A program made the position numbers and the translations under genes. A stretch of 63,253 nt of DNA, the filler included, from Octopus bimaculoides (lineage: Eukaryota): NCBI RefSeq assembly GCF_001194135.2. It is 6 parts of 6 records of this genome, joined end to end, with 100 filler letters (N's around TTAATTAATTAA, not from the genome) between each part and the next. Parts side by side here need not be neighbours in the genome. Positions count along the whole stretch, not along the records: positions 23,484 to 42,398 come from NC_069008.1; 5 more parts are not named here. One strand, 5' to 3'. Shown one piece after another: positions 27,624-40,396 of the stretch. The notes below the pieces were generated by a model, which saw only the letters and a list, made by a program, of their open reading frames with translations, had not been told where the DNA came from and did no database searches. Each line of letters starts with the position of its first letter. Position 1 is the first letter of the stretch.

Positions 27624-28333
27624 ATAGACAGACAGACAGACATAGACCGTAACATCCACCTAATGGTGGATCAGTAGAAGTGGCCAAATCACTGCTCATA
27701 ATCTCCTCCAGGCTACCAGCTTAACTCCTCTCTCTTACTCCACAACTAGCTAGAGGCTCTTTCCGCTACCTCTCCCAGCCTGCACACAACTGTTTTTCAC
27801 TCTTATTCCATTGACTGTATAAATAATATAAATATATTTTATTTGTGTATTAAGGCTAGCATTGGTTTCATGCTAACAAAATTTTCACCAATTATTCAAG
27901 CCAATCATAGAGAAAAATTGGTGTTTGTCTCCATTTGGGATTAATGGAGACAAACATCAATGTTTCAAAATGATTGGCTTTAATAATTGTTGAGAATTTC
28001 CTTAACATGAAACCAAATAGTAACCTTAATACACAAATAAAGAATCTTTATCCACCAATGTGGTGTTGAGCACTCATTCTCATAAGATCAATATTTATAA
28101 TACATATATAAATATATATATATATATATANNNNNNNNNNTTTTGTCAGTGAACAGGTCGCGGTCTCAAAGCGACGAAAATATTTTGACAAATTAAATTT
28201 AAATGTTGAAGTGAATCTGACGGCTTTTGTGTGTTATTTTAAATGGCTTATAAACACCTTCCACGCTGCAATTGTTTTCGTTCCAGCACACGATCTCAGA
28301 TCAGGTCACTTGCTATGCAAGTGCATCTCCGTA

Positions 28334-28371
<38 letters not shown>

Positions 28372-28628
28372 GGGTGAGATCCAGAGATACTCAATATACA
28401 AAACACATAGTAATGCTCCAAAGTCTTCATCAAGAACTAAGTCTGCGGAATAAAGAGTGGCTATAAGAGGAATCCAGATGAGCTGATATGAAGATAGTGA
28501 TGCAGATAAACAGGCTTGTGCTTGATATACATAATATACGTACAATCATATACTCATGTAAATATATATAGGACTATATAGAAAAAAACAAATACTGAAA
28601 AATATTCAGATGAAAACTCATGTATAGG

Positions 28629-29706
28629 CATCATCATTTAACATCTGTTGTCCATGTTGGCATGAGTTGGACCATTTGACCAGGGCTGGTAAGCTGAGGG
28701 GCTGCACCAGACTCCAGTCTGATTTGGCAGGGTTTTTACGGCTGGATGCCCTTCCTAATGCCAACCACTCCAAGAGTGTAATGGGTGCTTTTACATGCCA
28801 CCAACAAGACACCAGTATCTGTCACAACTATGACTTCACTTGGCTTAAGTCTTCTACTCAAGCACAGCATATTGCCAAAGGTCATTGCCTCTGTGCTTTT
28901 TACATGCCATTGGCACAGATTCTAGTTGCACGACACCGACACAGGTGCTAGTTATGTGACATTTCTCCGTGAGGCCCAAAGCTCAAAAGATGCTTTTTAT
29001 GTGCCACTGGCATTGGTGCCAGTTATGTGACACTAGCATCAGCCATGACTATTATTTCACTTGGCTTAACAGGTCTTCTCAAGCACAGCATATCACCAAA
29101 GGTCTTGGTCACAAGTCATTGCATCTATGAGGCCTAATGTTTAAAGATCATACTTCACCACCTCATCCCATGTCTTCCTGAGTCTACCTCTTCCACAACT
29201 CCCCCCCCCCCATAGTTAGAGATCAGCACTTCTTTATACAGCTGTTTTCATTCATACGCATCGTATGACCATACCAGTGCAGTTGTCTCTTTTGCACACC
29301 ACATCTGATGCCTCTTATGCCTAACTTCTCTCTCAAGCTGCTTACATGCGCACTGACATTGCACATCCAGCAAAGCATACTAGTTTCATTTCTTTCAAGC
29401 CTACACAAGTCCTCATGAGTTACAACCCATGTTTCACTGCCATGTAGCATAGCTGTTCACACACAGGCATCATACAGTCTGTCTTTCACTCTGAGAGAGA
29501 GGCCGTTTGTTGCCAACAGAGGTAGAAATTCTCTGAACTTTGTCCACCCTATTCTTATTCTCACAACTATGCACTTCGAACATATACCTGTGCTACTGAG
29601 TTGGTCACCTAGATAACAGAATCTATCAACTACCTCTAGCTTACCCCCTGACAGTTGATGGAGTCTATTTTCTGTACATTTCTAGTGTTTATTGTACTTG
29701 TACATA
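28629..29706 (-). mobile_element. RTE LINE 3' fragment
   Basis: MLHGSETWVVTHEDLCRLERNETSMLCWMCNV...WYGHTMRM plus the same 3' UTR and (GAT)n tail as the 31.5 kb copy. Confidence 0.9.
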
Positions 29707-30070
29707 TAAATATTTATCATCATCATCATTATCATTGTTTAACATCCATCTTCCATGCATGCATGGATAGGACAGTTGACAAGCATGGATGATGGGTGTT
29801 AAATGATGATGATGATGATTAATATCTATATGCACAGGTACAATAAACACTAAAATATTTATATATTTACAAAATAAATTTACATGGAATACAAAATATA
29901 CAGAAAACTAATGGGAGAATGCAAGGTATTTTAAGTTTGACAACTGTTTCTGGGGTTTCAGAATTATGTAATAGTTGTAATGATCATAGATGGCAGATGA
30001 AGTGTATAAAATGTCAAGGATATGCAACTAGTGGAAGATGTGTTGTTGTTAGTCTGTCAATGTCCAATGA

Positions 30071-30694
30071 TAATAATTCTGCTAGATTGCCCCAGCAGAG
30101 GTGATTTGAAAAGCTGATTGTGACATGGTTTGAAAAATAACTGTTTCTAACATATGCATAAGATCCTGAATTTTTTCACATATCTGCTGGATTGGAACTG
30201 ACTTGAGGTTAAGAACAACAGAGGACATATAAAATAGTCTTAGATACATTACATAATATAATGTTTATATGCATTCTCCATGGTGACAGCACCTCGATGC
30301 TGCAAGAGAAAGACATCACAGTGCAATGTCCACCTCAATCCAGTCAACAGATTATCGTTGTGACATCTATAGGAACCTGTATGGTCCCAGCTTTGGACTG
30401 CAAAGTCACAAGCACTGACATCACTGGATTGATGTGGATATTGCACTGTGATGTCTTTCTCTTGCAGCATCGAGGTGCTGTCACCATGGAGAATGCATAT
30501 AAACATTATATTATGTAATGTATCTAAGACTACTTTATGCCCTCTGTTATTCTTAACCTCAAGTCAGTTCCAATCCAGCAGAGATGTGAACAAATTTAGG
30601 ACCTTGTGCCTATGTTAGAAACAGTTATTTTTCAAACCATGTCACAATCAACTTTCCCAATCACCCCTGCTGAGGCAATCTAGCAGAATTATTA
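30071..30694. repeat. Long inverted repeat (foldback): arms 30071-30344 and 30423-30694, 78 bp spacer
   Basis: Arms are reverse complements with about 17 differences over ~274 bp by hand alignment. The ORF track shows the same N-terminal peptide on both strands. Confidence 0.97.
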
Positions 30695-30705
30695 TTATTA
30701 TTATT

Positions 30706-31261
30706 GAGTGAGAGAGCAGCACATGCCATCAAAGTGACACTGGGGTACAAATATACAAAACCCAGTATACCCATCATGACTACATGTCTGATAAGGGTAT
30801 ACCAGGCACATGCGTTACAACCATATGTGCGCAACATGGTAATCTTATATCAAGATAAACAGCACTTGACCTTGCAAATGGGGTCTAGTTAGAACTTTCT
30901 TCAGGTCGAGTAGCCCATCCTGCTCAAAAATCCCTGAATAAGGGTTGTTTAAGGATGTTGAATGAAACACCTATGTTTCCAGAGGTGAATTATTCAAGCC
31001 CCAAAGAATTCTGCTCAACACATGGCTATGATGCTCCCCCAATACTTCTGCTTGTGATCAGAGATGCACATATCATCAGCCACCAACGGACATGTTTAAC
31101 TGGTTAATGTCAAGCAACTGACAAGCAAATCTGTGGTATTGAGCAGAATATTTGCTGTAGCCCATCTTTTACACCAAGACAGAACAATGTACATGATAAC
31201 ACTTCCAATCAGTTAAAATCAGAAGCCATGAGAGTCAGTGCCTGGCATTGCATCAGGGTAA
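30706..31261. mobile_element. Second copy of the ~570 bp (TTA)n-flanked repeat
   Basis: Colinear with 17144-17711 over its whole length. Confidence 0.85.
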
Positions 31262-31467
31262 ATTATCATCATCATTATTATTAAGGTGACAATCTGGCAG
31301 AATCAGTACTACACTGGACAAAATGCCTAGCAACATTTTGTCCATCTATACCGTCTGAGTCTAAATTCCATCGAGGCTGATTTTGCCTTTCATCCTTTTG
31401 GAGTTACCCCATCCCCAGAAATTGATGGCCTTGTGCCAAAATTTAAGGTCGTCATCCTCATTGTTAT

Positions 31468-34272
31468 TCATCATCATCATCATCATTGTTTAACATCCAT
31501 TGTCCATGCTGGCATGGGTCAGATGGTTTGACTGGGCTGGTACGCTGGAAGGCTGTGCCAGGCTCCAGTCTGATTTGGCATGCTTTTCTATGATTGGATG
31601 CCCTTCCTGACACCAACCACACTGAGAGTGTAATGGGTGCTTTTACGTGCCAGTGGCATGGACAACATTTGCGTGACACCAGGCTGGTTTTACATACCAC
31701 TGGTACAGGTGCCAGTTTGCGTGTCACTGGTATCTGCCATGACTACACTTTTGCTTAGCTTCATGGGTCTTCTTCTCAAGCACAACATAATACCAAAGGT
31801 CTCAGTCATTGCCTCCATGAGGCTCAACACTTGAAAGGAACTCAGTCACTTTGCCTCCGTGATGCCCAATGCTCAAAAGGTGTTCTTTACATGCCACCAT
31901 CACAGGTACACTTGGCTTGACAGGTCCTTTCAAGCACAGCACATCGCCAAAGGTCTCAGTCACTAGTCATTGCCTCTGTGAGGCTCAAAGTTTGAACACC
32001 ACTTCAGTCCATATCTTCCTGGGTCTACCTCTACCACAGGCACATCTGTTCTTGTCCATACACATCACATGACCATCCCAGCACAGTCGTCTCTCTTGCA
32101 CACATTTGATGCCTCTTATACCTAACTTTTCTCTCAAGATGCTTACGCTCTGTAGAACATGCACACTGACACCGCATGTCCAGCGAAGCATACTGGCTTC
32201 ATCTCTTTCAAGCCTATGCATGTCCCCAGGAATCACAGCCCATGTTTCACTGCCATGCAGCATAGCTATTCACACACAGCATCAAACGATTTGCTTTTCA
32301 CTCTGAGAGAGCGAGCGTTTGTTGCTAGCAAGGTAGGAGCTCTCTGAACTTCACCCATTCTAATCTTATTCTCACAGCTATGCTCTTGGAGCATCCACCT
32401 CCACTACTAACTTGGTCACCAACAGAAGCAATCTACTACCTCTAGTTTGCTACCCTGGCAGTTGATGGAGTCTGTTTTCTGCCCATTTTCAGTATTTATT
32501 GTACCTGTACATCTTCTACATACAAAAGCTGTTTTCCCTGTTAACCTTCCTCTGATATTGCTGCACCTTTTATGTGCCCAAGGCTTACACTGGGTGCATC
32601 TTATAGAGTTTCTATGTACACCTTTTCTACAGATTGAGCAAGGCCATTTACCTCAAGGGATTTGTGATTTGTCTGCCTTCCTACTTACTATGACTTTGGT
32701 TTTTGCTAGGTTAACTCAAGGGCCCTTTGATTCTAGACCTTGCTTCCATATCTGTAACTTCTTCTCTAGTTCAGGTAGTAATTCAGCTATAAGAGCAAGA
32801 TCATCAGCCCCAAGGGGTAGCCTGTCTTGAACTCCTCTGTTATTGCCTGGAGGACTATGACGAACAAGAGGGGGCTGAGCACCGATCATTGGTGAACCCC
32901 TACTTGTACCCTGAATTCTTTGCTGTACTCATTGCCAACCCCCACCTTACTGGTAGCATCCCTGTACGAGGCTTGTACAGTTCTCACCAACCACTCATCT
33001 ATCCCTAGTTTCCACATTGACCTCCTGATTGGGGGCTTTCTCCAAGTCAACAAAGGTCAAGTACAGAGGTTTATCTTTGGCTATGTATTTCTCTTGCAGC
33101 TGTCTTACCAGAAATATAGCATCAATGGTGCTTCTCCCAGGCACAAAATCAAACTGCATCTCATCTAACCTAACTCTCTCCCTAATTAGTTGGAATATGA
33201 CTCTCTCCGTCATTTTCATCACCTGATCCAACAATTTGATACCTCTTTAATTATTTCTATCTAAGGCATCACCTTTACTTTTGTAGCAGTCATTGGGTAT
33301 GACTCCTTCATGAACCACCTGACTTACAATACGAGTGACTAGACCATAACCCACACTGCCAGATATTTTAAGTATCTCAGCAGAGATTTCTGATGGGCCA
33401 GGGGCTTTCCCTGTCTTCATATCCTTAATTGCTTTATCTACCATGAAACTATTAATTCGGGTAGCTGGTCCCTCAGTTGGGTCAACATTTAGCAGACTCT
33501 CCTCTTCCCACTCATTCTCTATGTTCAACAGTCTTTCATAATGGCATTTCCAAGCCTCTTTCTTTGTGGAATCATTACATGCAAGTGCACCATCATCCAT
33601 ATAGACATATCTCTCTTCTATGACATCACGATTTTCTCTCACACACTGTCTTGCAATTCAAAACACTTCAGTCCTTTGGTCCTCGTGTTGCTGAACATAG
33701 GCAAACTTCTTCTTTTCTGCTGGCTAGATATACTTGTCTCCTAGCATCCCTTCTGGCAATCTGATACAGTACCCTGCAACAACCATTCTTCCAGGCCAGT
33801 TTCTTAGCTCTAATATCCCTGTCTACTACATCGTTTCACCATCACGTTACCCTAGGTCTGGATGGGACTTTGCACCAACCACAGATTTGGTCTGTGGCAC
33901 CCAGCAAGTTGTCCCTCAGGAATTCCCAGTTGCCCTCTATTTCATAAGTCTGTAGCTCCGCCTCCCTTTCATCGAATTTCTCAATTAGGATGTCCCTAAA
34001 TTTCTGACCATATGAAGAATCCTTAAGCTTCCAAATCCTTCTTTTCCAGATTGGTTTACTTCTTGGCATAAATTCTGGCCTGGAGTCTAAAGTCACTAAT
34101 GACTAGTCTATTCTGGTGGGTACATTCTTCACCAGAGAGGGTCTTCGTATTTAGGAGCAACCATGCATCCCACTGTTTGGTGAAAACGTAATCGATTTGG
34201 CTAGCACAGGCACCTGATTGGTAGGTTGTCAGGTGGCTGACTGGCTTCCTGAAGTTTGTGTTGCAGATCAAA
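31468..34272 (-). mobile_element. RTE-clade LINE, 5'-truncated and decayed (end of AP endonuclease, RT, C-terminus, 3' UTR, (GAT)n tail)
   Basis: Fragments TYQSGACASQIDY...EECTHQNRLVISDFRL; CYKSKGDALD; MQFDFVPGRSTIDAIFLVRQLQEKY...FVDLEKA; ADDLALIAE; MLHGSETW...LERDEASMLRW. Many stops and frameshifts. Confidence 0.93.
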
Positions 34273-34305
34273 ATGTTGTTATTGTTGTTATCATTATTAT
34301 TATTA

Positions 34306-34342
<37 letters not shown>

Positions 34343-34379
34343 TATTATTATTATTACTATTATTATTATTATCATCATT

Positions 34380-36330
34380 GTTTTCTTCTTTCAATTTTGT
34401 TTCCATTTCTTGCTGAATGTCTTCCCAACACCTAGGGCAAAGAAAATCACTGTATACATTGGTAGGTTATCAAAATAAACACACTAGATTTACAGTCATT
34501 TGATAGAAAAAGAAGGGGAAGAAAGGCAGAGAGAAAAAGGAAAAATGGAAAAAATGGAAAAGGTAACAAAGAATATAAAGGGGGAAAGGAAAGAAAATTC
34601 ATAGTGACAGTGCTCTTCTCAATACATGTGACGTGCCAGTTAAGACAATCTTTTGCATGTCCTGCATGGATGCTAAGCCAGGGATCATCCTCAAATATTT
34701 TTCAGTAACTTTTTTTGATCATTGTAAGTGCTTCTCCAATCACAGGTATTGTAACCCTCTTGAGATGCCACATTTTTCAGTTTCAATCAGCAAGTCTTTA
34801 TTTTTTCTGAGCTATTCAAATTCTTTTGCTGAGATATTATGATCACAAGGTATGCTCATGTCAATCAATAAACAAATTTTATTGTTTTGGTCTTTCATAA
34901 TAATATCTGGTATGTTAGCTTTGATGACTCAGTCTGTATGTACTGAAAAGTCCCAAAGAATCATTACATTTTCTCCTTCAGTTACAGCCTCACGGTGGTG
35001 CTTGTACCATTTGTCAGCAGTCTTGATTTTGTAATGCCAACATAGTAACCAATGTAGATATTGACCAACTCTGTCATGTCTTGATTTCTAATCCATTGTG
35101 CTAAAACTTTACACCCAGAGATTAGGTGGTCCACTGATTAAATCTTGTCATTGCAGTATCAGCAGTTTGGGTCTACTCCATTTTTTATCGCATCAGCTTG
35201 GTAGTTCTGGGTCAGTAAGCTCTGATTTTGAATAGCTAAGATAAAGCCATCACTCTCTGCCTTTAGTCCTGAGGTCCATAGCCACTAATGGGTGTGCTTC
35301 CGGTCTACATCAGCTTGTTTGTACGGGCCTCATATTTGCCATTCAGAGATTTTTGTTCTCATACATCACCCAATTGTTCAAACGCTTTTTGCTTTGCCAT
35401 TGATTTCACCTTCCTTGTAACAACAATTGCTGCACTTCCATTATGCTGTTCATGAACTCACTAGCAAATTTTTTGCTCTCCTTCATGACAGAATGAATCT
35501 TCTTATGTAGTTTACAACGAGTTTTAACATCCAGTCATCAGATGTTTCAAGGTATTTGGCCAGTTCAGTGGGGAAAATATCATTATGTTCCATAAAAACA
35601 TATGTTTTCTCCATGGGGATAGGTGTTAAAATTTTATACATGGTATATAGACAGGTTATGAGCCAATGGTTTTGGGAAAATTTGGTTTCATTATTCTTTG
35701 GAAGTATGTAAGTAATACCACTTGCTAACCAATTAGTTGTTTTCTTAGGATCTCTCATAATCTCATTGAATAGCTGAACTAACTTTACATGTGCAAACAG
35801 GAGTGATGCAAGCCAAAAATTTGGCACCCTATCTTTACCAGATTTTCACTAATGAGCCTTCATGACTGTCATCCTTAGGTCTGCTATTGTGATGTCTTGT
35901 CATGCTTGTTCTGGTAAATTTTAGTAGGATACTTCTGTGCATGTAATCCACTCTACGTTTTCATTGTATGCCTTTTCATCATTCCAAATATTTTTCCAAA
36001 CATTTTCAACTTCTATGGGAGGGGATCTTCAGCATTTAGTTTTTCCTTCCCTATTTCTCTATAGAATATTTTTACATTGGATGTGAATGGCTTAGTTTGC
36101 TTGTAAAACTTGTTTCTCTTCTCAAATCTTTATATTATTTGAGATTTTTGAATGGACTTTTTGTTGCAATGTTTCTTTTGTTGAAAGCAGTTTTTCACTT
36201 GATGAAAATCTATATTTTCTTTTCATCTTTCTTTCTTTTCTGGATCTTACATTGTTTCCACAAATTAGTTCATTTAATATTGCTATTTCACCTGCTAACA
36301 ATTCTGGCAAGTTGGCAGAACTGTTAGCAT
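34380..36330 (-). mobile_element. R4/Dong-like (RLE-type) non-LTR retrotransposon, copy A, with internal deletion and (AAT)n tail
   Basis: WLASGITYILPKNNETK...ITCLYTMYKILT (RT N-terminal part). CCHC-like knuckle PNC*YCNDK...HLISGC followed by RHDRV. Restriction-like endonuclease PDIIMKD...CLLIDMSIPCD. 3' UTR then AAT-repeat tail at 34272-34380. Confidence 0.88.
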
Positions 36331-36739
36331 GGTGGACAAAATACTTAAATACTTAACAGCATTTCTTCTAGTTTTACATTCTGAGTTCAAATTCCACTGA
36401 GATTGACTTTGCCTTTTATACTTTGAAAGTCAAATAAAATAAGTACCAGTCAAGTACTGGGTGGGGGGTAATGTAATTGACTAACCCCCTCAAACAAAAA
36501 TATTAGACCCTGTCAGTATAGTAGGAAGAATTAGAGCCATGTCTGGATACACAGACAGCATCACACTTTGGATATAAAAACAATCAGCATTATACTGAAA
36601 GAATGTCAGGCATGCATAGGAACACACATGAACCGAGACAAATGAGTGAGTTTAAATCTAGCCTTTTGGAGAACCATGTCCACGCTGACCAGTGGTGGTT
36701 TCTGTTACAGGATTGAGGGCTTGAGGAAATTGCTTGAGT

Positions 36740-37390
36740 CTGGTTTGAACTTTCATGTGGTTAGGAACTGAGGCGAAGTCATGAACTGGGTAACCAATCT
36801 CACACAGAAATGGGCTGAGAAGCTGTCTCTGAATACCCAGATGGAAGTAGTGAATGCATACATTGCTTTGATGGTGTACTACTGTCTGACCATTAAACCT
36901 TGTCCCAAGGAAGTGCTAATCAGATTGGAGCACTAGCTTTTCTGATTCTTATAGAATGGTCAGACTCCACTGGCCAGAAAATCTGTTTGTTGTCAACACC
37001 CACTCCATGGTGGTCTTGGGATGCCATACTTTATGATGGGTTAGCATGCACGGAGGCTGATACCCTTGCAGAAATATCTAGATTGTTGCAATGGTGTCAA
37101 CAATGACAATGGTAAACTAGTTTAGGCATCTTTTATGCAACATGTTTTTTTGTAGCTCATCTTGACTGAGCTACAGTCATGGCTCAAGCATAGACCAAAA
37201 TTGAGTGTTCAGCATCTAGAATGTTGCCAGGCATTGAATCATATTACTAGCTGGACAAAGCAGTTAATGGGAAAACAACTCAAGATTTCAATAGGATATT
37301 AGTTGAGGGTATGAGTGACAATAGCCTGGGATTGGCTCTGAGCATCAACAAGAACAGTCTGAGTGGTCTCTTTTGAGGGACTTTCAGGTT
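36740..37390 (+). mobile_element. L1/Tx1-type LINE post-RT fragment
   Basis: Single frame with stops: RN*GEVMNWVTNLTQKWAEKLSLNTQMEVVNAYIALMVYYCLTIKPCP...F*FL*NGQTPLARKSVCCQHPLHGGLGMP (W..KLS...GGLG pattern of L1/Tx1). Confidence 0.72.
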
Positions 37391-37919
37391 GAAGACCATA
37401 AACAACTTCCAAAGGTCATTGGCATGACAGTACTACAGGGGAACATTAACTGTTCAAGACAAGCTCTTCAGATTTGTCTCAAAGAAACTGGAGGAGAACA
37501 CTTCTGATACCCTGAAGACAGTAGAGCAATTACTGTAGGTGGACTTGTCTGCTGTTGGGGATTCTGGATATTTTTCTTTATTTTTATAAATTCTATTTTT
37601 ATATCCTTTGTTATATCCTTGTTGTTGTTTCCCCTTTTGATCAATTTTAAACTCCACTTTCTGGTGTATTGTATCTCAGCTTTTGATGTAGTCATCAATA
37701 TCTTGAACTCTTATGGCCAATAAAAGAAATCATCCCCACCACTATTATTTTTTTATTATTATTACTATTATTAAGTTATTTTTTTTTTTGAGCAGGATGT
37801 CCAATCAGTCTTCTTTTTGTGGGTGTAAACCAAAGTTGTTTAGGCTGTCAAGTGATGTCTTGAGGATATAATCCAGAGTGATCATAAAGAGAAAAGATGC
37901 CAATAAAAAAGATGTAAAA

Positions 37920-39245
37920 GCTTGAACACACATTCTGCATTTGTCTGATTCTACTGAGTGGCCAATTTTGAGCTTGATGTAATTGGTTCTTACTGCTGCA
38001 CCTTATTAAGGCCTCCTTTTCGGATTGCTCTTTTCCAACCACAACCATCTTTTGTCTGGGACTATGTTTTTTGGTATTTCTCTCAAGAAGTGACCATGAA
38101 TCCTCTTGTTCTTCCAACTGCTTTCCTTCTTCATTTCTGTTTTTATTTTGTAATTTCATCTTATCCTGAATGCTTTCCAAATGTAATAGACTTGCCTTCC
38201 TCATTTGTATAAGTAATGCTTCTTTTGCATTCTTTATATACCAAGCAATATTGTCTTCCTCTCTCTGAATACAACTTGTCCTCACAGCTTATCAGTTCCT
38301 ATCCTCCTTTCTTTCTCATAAGCTGTGGCCAGTCAACATCCTTTTTTGAGTGGAATGCACTGTTTATCAGCAGTTTCCTTGTTTTCTAATCCAAGAATTG
38401 TTGCTCCTCTTTTTGCCATTTCAGCATTCTTGCTCCATATCTCAAGAGAACAATTGCCCATGGATTTATCACTGTAATATTTATACTCCTTGAGACAATA
38501 TCTTCCTCATTTGGCTTTCCATGAATTTGCTTATTTCCAGTATGCTAGATACCTGTATCATTCTTCGTGTATTCTCTTCATTACCTCTCCTACGAGCAAC
38601 TTCACATCATCCACTTGTTGGGTTTTATCTCTTTTTAGAATCAACACACCTCACTTTTACAGTCCAAATTCGATTCTAATGTTCATGCCAAAGCAATGCA
38701 TGATTTGAGTCAGTGAATTAAGCTGGTTTTCATCTTTCCCATAGAATTTCAGGTCGTCCATAAAAAGATGATTGATCTTAACTTTTCTTTCCTTGAACAC
38801 ATACCAAACTTTCACGTTTCTCAAAATCAAAGTCATTGCTATCATACACACTACAAAAAGCAAAGATGACAAGCTTTCTCCTTAGCTTTTCTTCTCCGAT
38901 ATGAGTTCCATGGTCTATTTATTCATGATATTGTGTACCATTCCAAACTTTTCAAGCAATCCAGAATCCACAAATGAGGAACCATATCATATGGTTTCTG
39001 GTAGTCTATCCACAAGTTTGTTTTGCACTTTTTCTGTTCTTTTAGTACTGTCTGATCTATGAATAATTGGTCTTTGATTTCTCTACATCTGTGTTTTCCT
39101 CCTTTTTGCTCTTCCAGTTAGATATTATTGTGGTCCATGAACACATACATTTCACATGCCAGTATTCCAGTTAACAGCTTTTACATGATGGGCAGACAGG
39201 CTATTGGCCCGAAGTTATCAACATTTCCTCTTAATTCTTCTTTCT
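37920..39245 (-). mobile_element. R4/Dong-like non-LTR retrotransposon, copy B (RT core to knuckle), different subfamily
   Basis: PIACLPIM*KLLTGIL; WIDYQKPYDMVPH; INHLFMDDLKFYGK; REEDNIAWYIKN. Heavily decayed. Confidence 0.85.
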
Positions 39246-39299
39246 GGTAGTAGTTTGGTGTAAAAGATTGATAGAATAAGTACCAGGCTTAATAACAAA

Positions 39300-39430
39300 G
39301 GATCAATTCATTCAACTACAAATTCTAGGATCAATTCATTCAACTACAAATTCTAGGATCAATTCATTCTAGGATCATTTCATTCTAGGATCATTTCATT
39401 CTAGGATCAATTCATTCAACTACAAATTGT
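39300..39430 (+). repeat. Compound 28/16 bp tandem repeat inside a SINE tail
   Basis: GGATCAATTCATTCAACTACAAATTCTA x2, GGATCA(A/T)TTCATTCTA x3, then the 28-mer again. Confidence 0.9.
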
Positions 39431-39510
39431 ACAAAGCAGTGCCCCAGCTTGGCTTTAGTCCAATGACTGAATCAAATAAAAGATAAAAGATTATTATTAT
39501 TATTATTAGT

Positions 39511-39560
<50 letters not shown>

Positions 39561-40343
39561 CATCAGGGGGTGGGGGCACNNNNNNNNNNNNNNNNNNNNN
39601 NNNNNNNNNNNNNNNNNNNNNNNNNNNNNNNNNNNNNNNNNNNNNNNNNNNNNNNNNNNNNNNNNNNNNNNNNNNNNNNNNNNNNNNNNNNNNNNNNNNN
39701 NNNNNNNNNNNNNNNNNNNNNNNNNNNNNNNNNNNNNNNNNNNNNNNNNNNNNNNNNNNNNNNNNNNNNNNNNNNNNNNNNNNNNNNNNNNNNNNNNNNN
39801 NNNNNNNNNNNNNNNNNNNNNNNNNNNNNNNNNNNNNNNNNNNNNNNNNNNNNNNNNNNNNNNNNNNNNNNNNNNNNNNNNNNNNNNNNNNNNNNNNNNN
39901 NNNNNNNNNNNNNNNNNNNNNNNNNNNNNNNNNNNNNNNNNNNNNNNNNNNNNNNNNNNNNNNNNNNNNNNNNNNNNNNNNNNNNNNNNNNNNNNNNNNN
40001 NNNNNNNNNNNNNNNNNNNNNNNNNNNNNNNNNNNNNNNNNNNNNNNNNNNNNNNNNNNNNNNNNNNNNNNNNNNNNNNNNNNNNNNNNNNNNNNNNNNN
40101 NNNNNNNNNNNNNNNNNNNNNNNNNNNNNNNNNNNNNNNNNNNNNNNNNNNNNNNNNNNNNNNNNNNNNNNNNNNNNNNNNNNNNNNNNNNNNNNNNNNN
40201 NNNNNNNNNNNNNNNNNNNNNNNNNNNNNNNNNNNNNNNNNNNNNNNNNNNNNNATTGGAGCCTGGTGTTGCCATCTGGTTTCACCAGTCCTCAGTCAAA
40301 TCGTCCAACCCATGCTAGCATGGAAAGCGGACGTTAAACGATG

Positions 40344-40396
<53 letters not shown>

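Noticed and set aside
35530-35550. GAAAC..CTGATGA motif on the minus strand
   Set aside because: It is coding sequence of the Dong element (ETSDDW).
37505-37545. CTGAAGA-CAGTA...TACTG hairpin as a hammerhead
   Set aside because: No GAAA after the stem.
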